Below, piece after piece: positions 57,801 to 64,000 of a stretch of 64,000 nucleotides of DNA (positions are counted from its first letter, which is position 1; the number at the start of each line of letters is the position of its first letter). The notes below the pieces were generated by a model. It made no database searches and was not told where the DNA came from. It was given only the letters and a program-made list of their open reading frames with translations. Source of the stretch: Octopus bimaculoides (Eukaryota); NCBI RefSeq assembly GCF_001194135.2, contig NC_068987.1, forward strand, positions 12,472,992 to 12,536,991. Direction: 5' to 3'. The position numbers and the translations under genes are program-made.

Positions 57801-60800
57801 AAGATGCATCTTTTCAACAGCTAACTTGCAGTCCAGAACCTGCATTAAAGAGCCAGATTCTTTCCCCAGAGATGTAGCTTTTCTACCACTAACTTATAAT
57901 ATTTAAAATCAAACATTAACAACACCTATCTTAACCATACAACAATTAACGAGAAAATTGAAACAGAAAGGCCCCAGTCATGGGAATCTTATTGTTTTTC
58001 TAGGATTCTTGATTAACCCCCAGTTATAAATAATAAAAGTTTTGGGGGAAAAGGGAAATACAATAAAATAGAAATACCATATACTGGATAAACTATCTAT
58101 TTTAGAATCTACAATATCTACATTTTATATGAGAATCTGCAGAATAAGATTCATTACTTAGAATACCCAGTGAGGTTTGAAATTGCCTTCACTGTCATAT
58201 ATTTTTGTCATCGTTTCTGATAATAACTAGAAAAATTTGCAATTTTTTTTAGATTTCAAATTGTCACTTATAAGAAATTTAGGAAATAAAATTAAGTAAT
58301 TCTTTTAATGGATAAAACGAAGGCTCTAAATTAAAAGAAATATATATATATTATACTGCATATTAGGTATATAAAGTATACATTTTAGAACAGTTTCTCT
58401 ATCAATTTTATATTTACAAGGAAATATTAACTACTTCTATATTGCCACCTATCTTCTCTCTATATCCTTCTCCTCTTATGCTTGTACATCAATACATTAA
58501 TTACTTTCATTATATATGAAACAGAAACATACCAGTAATGCTTAAAACAGTCATATATTTTCATCTAAATGAAATAAATAAAGTTAATAAAATACAAGTC
58601 CATTGTATAAAAATTACATTGTCTATTTATTAAAAAAAGTCAAACTTTTAAATTGTGTATCATATTATGTTAACTCTGATGTTCATATGTCCTCCATTGA
58701 TTTTATGTATGTTTTGGTCTGTCATCAGCATGCAACACACTGAATAACTGATGAACATTTTTGAGTGAATGAAACAAGCTAATAACATTAGTTGCATGTG
58801 GATGACAATGAAAATGTTTTTATGAAGTAGTTTGGCTTTCAGGTAGTGAATTTCTCATTAAAATTTTGAATAGTTCCTCATTATCTATATTAACCAAATA
58901 TTTATTTTTCATTATATACCCTCATCAATGGTTAGATATTTATATAAAAGGTTGAAACAAATTAATATCAAACAGAATTGCTTTAGTAAAACTCTTCTGC
59001 TTCTGCTAAGTCTATCCAAGCTTAATTTATTAAGCATCACTTAATTCAGTTAGTTTTTTTTATATATATATATACATCTGTATCAGAGTTGTATTTTCAT
59101 AGATCTCTGTGATCGATTACATTGTTGTCCAGTTTTAGTTCCTGCGACATTAAATAGATAAAAGATAAATTCATTTTTTGGCAGAATGTTGATCTATAAG
59201 AGCATAGGTATTGGCCTGGTTAACCAAATTAGACCCCTTAGTAGTATATACAGAGATATTACAGTATCATCAAATATCATAAACCTCACCTAATGTGGAA
59301 GGCTGTTTTTATCAATATATCTATATTAGTCAAGACAAACATACACAACTATGCCCACCACTTATGACATAGAATTACAATTCTTGTAATTTGACACTTT
59401 TTGTAGTAGTATAAATAGCTCTCTCTGATCAGTGCTGAGCAGGGAACAAACTGACCTTGACCAATGATTGTTAATTTTCTAGTGTAGTTGCTGATTATGC
59501 AGTACACTATAAGGCAGATGGACTCAGCTATTGAGAGTTATATTTTAGCTACATGTACACAGAACACTATTATTGACAGAATGTGAACTGCCAGCCTTTC
59601 AGCTCTTGATTTAGCATTTATGCTCTCAGTTTGCATTGCACCTATCTACGTCTGTGAAATGTTTTACATAACAAAATTGTTACAACTTATCAATAAAATC
59701 TATCTTCTTTCATTCTCTAACTTTATTTATACAGCTACACGTATATTTACCCAAGAATTCAGGGGAAATAGTCTTTAGATCATCAACATAGCTTGTATTA
59801 ACAAATATAAAGATATAATTTATTTGTATATAGGCATGTGGTTTATGCAGTTTAACACCCAAGAGATAGGGAGTAATGCATTAATTTATTTTCCAAGGTT
59901 TTAATGACAAAGCTGAAGTAGGGCGACTCCAAATGGGAATAAAAGTGTCATAGACATTTCTTTTTAGACCTAACTGCTACCCTAGGGTTCTTGATCCTGA
60001 TTTACAATTATAAATCATTTATGATAATATAAATGTTTTAAGAAAATAATTTGAGATTTTTAGCTCAGAGACCTTCATTACCTGAGGCCAAATTTAATTG
60101 TCTAATTATGAGACATGACATGATATTTTATTTTTTCATTATTAAACAATGAACATGCCAAGTACATAATGAAAGCATCCATACTAAATATATACGAAAT
60201 AAAATAGTTAGTATGCATTATGATATTTGAATAGGATATTACATCCTACTGCTATTATTTCACGCTGTTTATGGAACTGTCATGAAAGTTAAATATGCTT
60301 AATGGTTCAAATGTATTGAATGATTATTTTATTTCTTCACATCCATTTCGAATTTTTTCTAAAATTCAAAATAAAACTTGATCCCACTGAAAAATATCAC
60401 TATCATATAATAATTAATTCACATAAATATATAAGTATAATAAGAGTCGTATCTAAAAACGTATTTTGATGTGTTATATTGCCTTTCCAAATACTGAATG
60501 TGTCACCTACCTTCAGCCAAGCATGATCAATTGCTTCATGAACAGTTAACCTTTTCCTGAAAAAGAAACAAATGAAACCAATGAACATGTCTTAACACTC
60601 TCTTTTACTCTCTTTTACTTGTTTCAGTCATTTGACTGTGGCCATGCTGGAGCATCACCTTTAGTCGAGCAAATCGACCCCGGGACTTATTCTTTGTAAG
60701 CCTAGTACTTATTCTATTGGTCTCTTTTTGCCGAACCGCAAATGAGAGATATTTTGGTTTGATTAGCTGTTGACAGAGCAAGAAAAAACAAAGAACTATG

Positions 60801-63431
60801 CAAGTTACCTTTTCAAAGATTTCAATAATGCACTGTAGATTATTTTGTAACCTTTTGTGATTTATATCAATTTTTGTTTTTATCTTTGGACTCATTCTTC
60901 CTTGACACTCAATTATCATTTAGATAATATTTTTATGATGATACAATTACAGCAACAGTCTTTTCAATATGACACGCTCTGGATTGAATCTTTTATCTAG
61001 CATGTTAGGAAGTTAACTATTACCTAATCCATGCAGATAAACAAGGATAGGAATAAGTAAAATAACAGAATTTCAAAAGAATGAGAATACTTACGCTGGA
61101 TTTCTGAGCAAAAGTCTTTTGATGAAGTCTTTTGCCTCTGCAGAAACATTGCTAAATGCTTCTTCATCAAAGTCCCAATCACATCTTTTGACATTCTGTA
61201 GAGTCTCCAAGTCATCCTCCCCAGCAAAAGGTGATAATCCACTCAACCTGTTCATAGATAAAAAAAAAATATTTATTAGACTAAAATGTATATCACAAAT
61301 CAAAGTGATACTTTTATAATTTTAATTTCTGTTTATATAACTTCAAAAATAAATATAAACATACTTAAAATGCATTGTATAGTTAAGGAATATCCAAAGT
61401 GTAATCATAAGTACAACTTTAATCATCATCATCATCGTTTAACGTCTGCCTTCCATGATAGCATAGGTTGGACGATTTGACTTAGGACTGGCGAACCAGA
61501 AGGCTGCACCAGGCTCCAATCTGATCTGGCAGAGTTTCTACAGCTGGATGCCCTTCCTAACGCCAACCACTCCGAGAGTGTAGTGGGTGCTTTTACGTGC
61601 CAACGGCACAAAGGCCAGTCAGGCGGTACTGGCAATGGCCATGCTCAAAATGGTGTATTATACATGCCATCTGCACAGGAACCAGTCCAGTGCCACTGGC
61701 AACGACCTCACTCGAATGTTTTTTTCACGTGCCACTGGTACAAGTGCCAGTAAGGCGACGCTGGTAACGATCACACTCAAATGGTGGTGTTTATGTGCCA
61801 CTGGCATGGAAGCCAGACAGCTGCTCTGGCAATGATCACGCTCAGACGGTGCTCTTAGCGCTCCACTGGCACAGGTGCCAGTCATCGAATTTGGTTCAAT
61901 CACAATTTTAATGTTAAAGTTATTTGACTTGAAATGTTAGATTTTAACTTTGAAACCGAAAATGATTTTCCTTTTTAAACATGTATCAAAAGTGTTATTA
62001 TTATAAGTTTCACAAATTATAACTTCCATTATAATATTCTTACAAAATTTACTTACAAAACATAGGCAAGTACTCCAACTGCCCACATATCTGTGTAGAA
62101 GCCGACAGCTTCTCTATCAACAATTTCTGGAGCAGCAAACTCTGCAGTGGCTGTTGTAACTTTAACAATTTCATCAGGGTTTAATTTTGTTGCCAGACCA
62201 AAATCTATGATTTTAACTTGTGTGCTTTTCTTTGTTTCACACATGATGTTTTCTGGCTGTAATGTAGAATAAAAACAGCATTTTATTTTTAAAAGTATTA
62301 GAATACCACAATCACAAAGCATTCAATGAAAAAAAAGTCCTAAATATGAAGGGGGATTTCTTTGTGATGAGTACATTCATTCAAGCATGTCTGCTCGTAG
62401 GAATATTGGTGTTTACAGTTTCAGTTCACATGTTGCTTGCCATTTGTCTAGTAGACATCATAATCCACTTTTTAAAATAAACCCACAACAAATCATGTGC
62501 CACCTCAATGTCCACATTTGTTCTGCCCTACATTGGATAAAATTGTCACATATAAATAACCCAAGATAAAACTTTGGACATTTCCAATGAATTATCAAGT
62601 TACCAAGACCAGCTAAGGTTTGACCCCTGAACCTACAAAAATCCTCTACAAAAATTGAGCTCACATTATATAACAATATTGTGACACAACATTTTTATTT
62701 CGGCTGATCTTGTTTCATTCAATGTAATTCCAAAATAAATTGATGAAAAAAGACTCTAACGTTTAGTCAGTATCTGGACAAATTCCTCCAAGAAATACCA
62801 GACAAACTTCCGCTACCCAGATACATCTCTGTAAACAATATCTTCCAACTCAAGTGGTCTATGAAGTCACAAAACATGAGTTAAAGGACTATTGCAAATG
62901 GTGCTATTAAGTTAAAGATGACCTGGGCTTAACATGGCCAAGATCTAAGTTATCTTACTTAAAACACTATCTGTCACAACTCAATATACAATTGTATTAG
63001 TTTGCTCTTCTTTTTAACAAATAATATCTAAAAGATTTTCATTAGCATATGTTACATAGGAAATTATTATTATCACACAGCGTTTAAACAGAAAAAAATT
63101 CCTCAAAGAAATGTAAGATAAACTTTTGAAATATCTGAAAAGCGTTTCATCTAGAAAAGCGTTTTTAATAAATAATTTATAAATTATGATCTAAATATTT
63201 GATACTGAAAAATGAAAAATTTTTATATATATTTTTAGTATATACATGCTTTATTTTATTTTTTGTTATTGTTTTGTTTCTCCACTTACCTTAATATCTA
63301 AGTGGACAATGCTGTTTTCGTGCATATGTTTAAGACCTTCACAGACTTGTCGCATATAATTGATAACTTCTGCTTCAGACATCTTATAATCTTCAGCTGC
63401 AATTCTATCGAAAAGCTCTCCTCCAGAAAGA
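11347..63431 (-). CDS. unc-22: Twitchin (unc-22/projectin-like giant muscle Ser/Thr kinase), 3' portion: kinase C-lobe, autoinhibitory tail and 5 Ig domains; multi-exon, 5'-partial
   Basis: The spliced translation reads [50 protein letters not shown]...[27 protein letters not shown]...[74 protein letters not shown]. This closely matches Aplysia twitchin kinase as I recall it. All junctions are GT-AG and phase-consistent. Confidence 0.96.
11792..11943. repeat. Near-perfect 152-bp palindrome (MITE-like) in the last twitchin intron
   Basis: tgaagtatatttgccacttaaatg...ccccaggag / ctcctgggg...catttaagtggcaaatatacttca. Confidence 0.85.
12043..12284 (-). CDS. unc-22: Twitchin exon: Ig5, second half and C-terminus ([10 protein letters not shown]...DSGVYKV...QELLKSIE)
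   Basis: 242 nt; acceptor ttatttcag, donor gtaata; phase 1 to 0; not in the ORF track. Confidence 0.9.
13066..13179 (-). CDS. unc-22: Twitchin exon: Ig5, first half ([38 protein letters not shown])
   Basis: 114 nt; acceptor ttgttatttag, donor gtgagc; phase 1 to 1; not in the ORF track. Confidence 0.9.
14646..14843 (-). CDS. unc-22: Twitchin exon: Ig4, second half ([13 protein letters not shown]...[19 protein letters not shown]...LKVI)
   Basis: 198 nt; acceptor tttgatttag, donor gtaaat; phase 1 to 1. Confidence 0.94.
15843..15956 (-). CDS. unc-22: Twitchin exon: Ig4, first half ([20 protein letters not shown]...SLICEIT)
   Basis: 114 nt; poly-T acceptor ending taag, donor gtaaga; phase 1 to 1. 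Confidence 0.93.
17442..17595 (-). CDS. unc-22: Twitchin exon: Ig3, second half (IIKSNVASQ...[25 protein letters not shown])
   Basis: 154 nt; acceptor cttttatag, donor gtgagc; phase 0 to 1; frame not shown in the ORF track. Confidence 0.93.
18178..18308 (-). CDS. unc-22: Twitchin exon: Ig3, first half ([27 protein letters not shown]...WSINDR)
   Basis: 131 nt; acceptor tttcag, donor gtaaaa; phase 1 to 0. Confidence 0.93.
23760..23831. repeat. (AAT)n microsatellite
   Basis: Perfect AAT run. Confidence 0.95.
26037..26302 (-). CDS. unc-22: Alternative terminal exon of twitchin (short isoform): [17 protein letters not shown]...[15 protein letters not shown]
   Basis: Strong acceptor ttttcttcttatag in phase 1, matching the upstream exon; 87 sense codons then TAA; non-Ig, Ser/Thr-rich tail. 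Confidence 0.8.
26371..26764 (-). mobile_element. tRNA-derived SINE family D
   Basis: tRNA-like head on the minus strand (gtggaggtgcaatggcccagtggttagggcagcggactc...ttcgattcccagacc); second copy at 32132-32513. Confidence 0.85.
27001..27429. mobile_element. pogo/Tigger-like (Tc1-mariner) MITE
   Basis: Terminal inverted repeats ctataaatcctcgagtata / tatactcgaggatttacag flanked by TA; subterminal attatactc-like repeats. Confidence 0.75.
27615..27710. repeat. 26-bp minisatellite, about 4 copies
   Basis: Unit agcttgatgtatattaatatatatat. Confidence 0.9.
27895..28265 (-). mobile_element. SINE/LINE-tail family B copy
   Basis: Highly similar to 61422-61882. Confidence 0.85.
28368..28548 (-). CDS. 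unc-22: Twitchin exon: Ig2, second half ([10 protein letters not shown]...[11 protein letters not shown]...VNVE)
   Basis: 181 nt; acceptor ttgcag, donor gtaagt; phase 0 to 1. Confidence 0.95.
30014..30158 (-). CDS. unc-22: Twitchin exon: linker plus Ig2, first half ([30 protein letters not shown]...LPHPK)
   Basis: 145 nt; acceptor ttttaacag, donor gtaaat; phase 2 to 0. Confidence 0.94.
31677..31728 (-). CDS. unc-22: Twitchin exon: Ig1-Ig2 linker ([17 protein letters not shown])
   Basis: 52 nt; acceptor ttattatttcag, donor gtaatt; phase 1 to 2, which is the bridge required between the flanking exons. Confidence 0.88.
32132..32513 (-). mobile_element. tRNA-derived SINE family D copy
   Basis: Collinear with 26371-26764. 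Confidence 0.85.
33513..33685 (-). CDS. unc-22: Twitchin exon: post-kinase Ig1, second half ([10 protein letters not shown]...[11 protein letters not shown]...ILKVE)
   Basis: 173 nt; acceptor ttctaatag, donor gtaagt; phase 2 to 1; DxGxY motif. Confidence 0.95.
34244..34361 (-). CDS. unc-22: Twitchin exon: post-kinase Ig1, first half ([40 protein letters not shown])
   Basis: 118 nt; acceptor ttattcag, donor gtatgt; phase 1 to 2; I-set Ig pattern. Confidence 0.95.
35397..35499 (-). CDS. unc-22: Twitchin exon: regulatory tail ([34 protein letters not shown])
   Basis: 103 nt; acceptor ttatctag, donor gtaagg; phase 0 to 1. Confidence 0.96.
37060..37137 (-). CDS. unc-22: Twitchin exon: start of autoinhibitory C-terminal regulatory tail ([26 protein letters not shown])
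   Basis: 78 nt, not in the ORF track; acceptor cttgttatag, donor gtaagt; phase 0 to 0; matches the recalled Aplysia [26 protein letters not shown]. Confidence 0.96.
39868..40062 (-). other. Candidate alternative exon carrying a 6 x 15-bp ACATTCCA repeat array
   Basis: Consensus donor gtaagt at 39862-39867. The acceptor tgtttttcaaag gives an open 195-nt phase 0-0 exon. TGGAATGT occurs at 39897, 39912, 39927, 39942, 39957 and 39972. Confidence 0.35.
41784..42214. mobile_element. Fold-back element / MITE with arms of about 190 bp
   Basis: tattgtataaaagatcgtgggtaaggccaaaacaatgc... is mirrored by ...gcattgtttttggccttacccacaatcttttatacaata, with complementarity continuing to a short central loop. 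Confidence 0.85.
44700..45200. repeat. Compound (TA)n/(TG)n microsatellite
   Basis: Dinucleotide repeats; similar tracts at 19430-19720, 13310-13450 and 63700-63850. Confidence 0.9.
45649..46385 (+). mobile_element. SINE family A copy interrupted by an N gap
   Basis: Head gctgtgtggtgagtagcctgc...ggttcagtcccactg and body matching 1-90. Confidence 0.75.
48313..48351 (-). other. Candidate 39-nt cassette exon ([13 protein letters not shown] in phase 0)
   Basis: Acceptor tttttcactttttccag, donor aag/gtatag; symmetric and open in the phase of the host intron. Confidence 0.35.
49692..49900 (-). mobile_element. tRNA-derived SINE family C
   Basis: aaggcccgaaattttgggg...cgaaaggatgaaaggcaaagtcgac...atttgaactcagaa; copies at about 11395-11560, 13785-13905, 16481-16640, 28961-29160, 36829-36960 and 43708-43890. 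Confidence 0.85.
51000..53470 (+). mobile_element. Highly decayed non-LTR retrotransposon (CR1/L2/Jockey-like RT region)
   Basis: Broken-frame remnants resembling RT motifs in the expected order: LDI at about 52470, FL-x-x-x-TCQRVI at about 52580, YIWDGA at about 53135, GY-x-STEL at about 53255 and WNSL at about 53400. Many stops and frameshifts; boundaries approximate. Confidence 0.45.
60511..60556 (-). CDS. unc-22: Twitchin exon: end of catalytic core ([15 protein letters not shown])
   Basis: 46 nt; acceptor tttttcag, donor gtaggt; phase 2 to 0. Confidence 0.95.
61095..61247 (-). CDS. unc-22: Twitchin exon: kinase ([12 protein letters not shown]...RLLLRNP)
   Basis: 153 nt; acceptor gaacag, donor gtaagt; phase 2 to 2. 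Confidence 0.97.
61422..61882 (-). mobile_element. SINE/LINE-tail family B with (GAT)n tail
   Basis: catcatcgtttaacgtc...ggctccaatctgatctggcagagtttctacagctggatgcccttcctaa; further copies at about 1803-1936, 3317-3470, 7430-7600, 8130-8290 (+), 13455-13550, 14100-14200, 17660-17770 (+), 27895-28265 and 33805-34010. Confidence 0.85.
62057..62256 (-). CDS. unc-22: Twitchin exon: kinase catalytic loop end, DFG, APE and subdomain IX (PENIMCE...GVLAYV)
   Basis: 200 nt; acceptor acag, donor gtaagt; phase 0 to 2; DFG and AAPE intact. Confidence 0.97.
63290..63431 (-). CDS. unc-22: Twitchin exon: kinase subdomains V-VIb (LSGGELFDR...HLDIK)
   Basis: 142 nt; acceptor tttttatag, donor gtaagt; phase 2 to 0. 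Confidence 0.97.
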
Positions 63432-63736
63432 CTATAAAAAGAATTGAAATTATTGTTTGAATTCAAGTAAAAGTTATTATTTCCTAAAATATAATCCAAT
63501 CTTTGTAAACACAAGTATATTTTTTCTTGTTTATTTAACATTTTTGCTAGGTTAAAGCAATTCGCCATGAGAGAATTGGTATTAATAACAGATTACAAAA
63601 ATTAACAAAATACTTCATTCATCACAAATAGTATAGTAGTTTCTATATTGATCACTTTTTAATTATAGTTATTTTTAAGGTAACAAAACCATTGAAATTA
63701 CACACACAATACATGCATACACACACACACACACAC

Positions 63737-63779
<43 letters not shown>

Positions 63780-64000
63780 CACACAAACACACATATATTT
63801 GTGTATGTATACATACATACATACATACATATATTTGTGTATGTTTGTGTGCACTCATTCCATATACAGACTTGAATATCCAGTATCACCAGGAGTTTCT
63901 ATAATTATTTCCAAATATTTGGCTGACATTTATGTAGAAAAGGGATGCATACTTATTGGTAAAAAGGTATTTAATCTTAAAAATAAAAGGCAGTCAAAAC

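Noticed and set aside
58097-58106. Perfect MEF2 site (CTATTTTTAG) in the giant intron
   Set aside because: A single AT-rich 10-mer is expected by chance in sequence of this composition.
62042-63431. Stand-alone MLCK/DAPK or titin assignment
   Set aside because: The regulatory tail and [11 protein letters not shown] segment match molluscan twitchin specifically, and the kinase is followed by five Ig domains.

Overview
This is AT-rich eukaryotic genomic DNA with many N gaps and microsatellites. The SINE/MITE repertoire suggests an octopod cephalopod such as Octopus (inference). The window holds the 3' part of a twitchin (unc-22/projectin-type giant muscle kinase) gene on the minus strand. I traced the exons by hand; every intron is GT-AG and the phases are consistent. 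The path runs from kinase subdomain V (63431) through the C-lobe, the autoinhibitory tail and five Ig domains to a probable stop at about 11347. Two structural points stand out. First, a stop-containing alternative terminal exon at 26037-26302 would give a short 2-Ig isoform, versus a 5-Ig long isoform. Second, a 23.4-kb intron (the other constitutive introns are 0.5-2 kb) falls exactly between the catalytic core and the autoinhibitory tail. That intron contains several candidate cassette or first exons, including a 6 x 15-bp ACATTCCA (MCAT/TEAD-like) array next to a consensus splice donor. These could produce kinase-less, telokin-like or tail-switched products, but this is unproven. The rest is tRNA-derived SINEs, fold-back MITEs, a pogo-like MITE, a decayed LINE, a possible Penelope-like end and simple repeats. 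Most entries in the ORF track are artefacts of microsatellites or gaps. There are no prokaryotic features.
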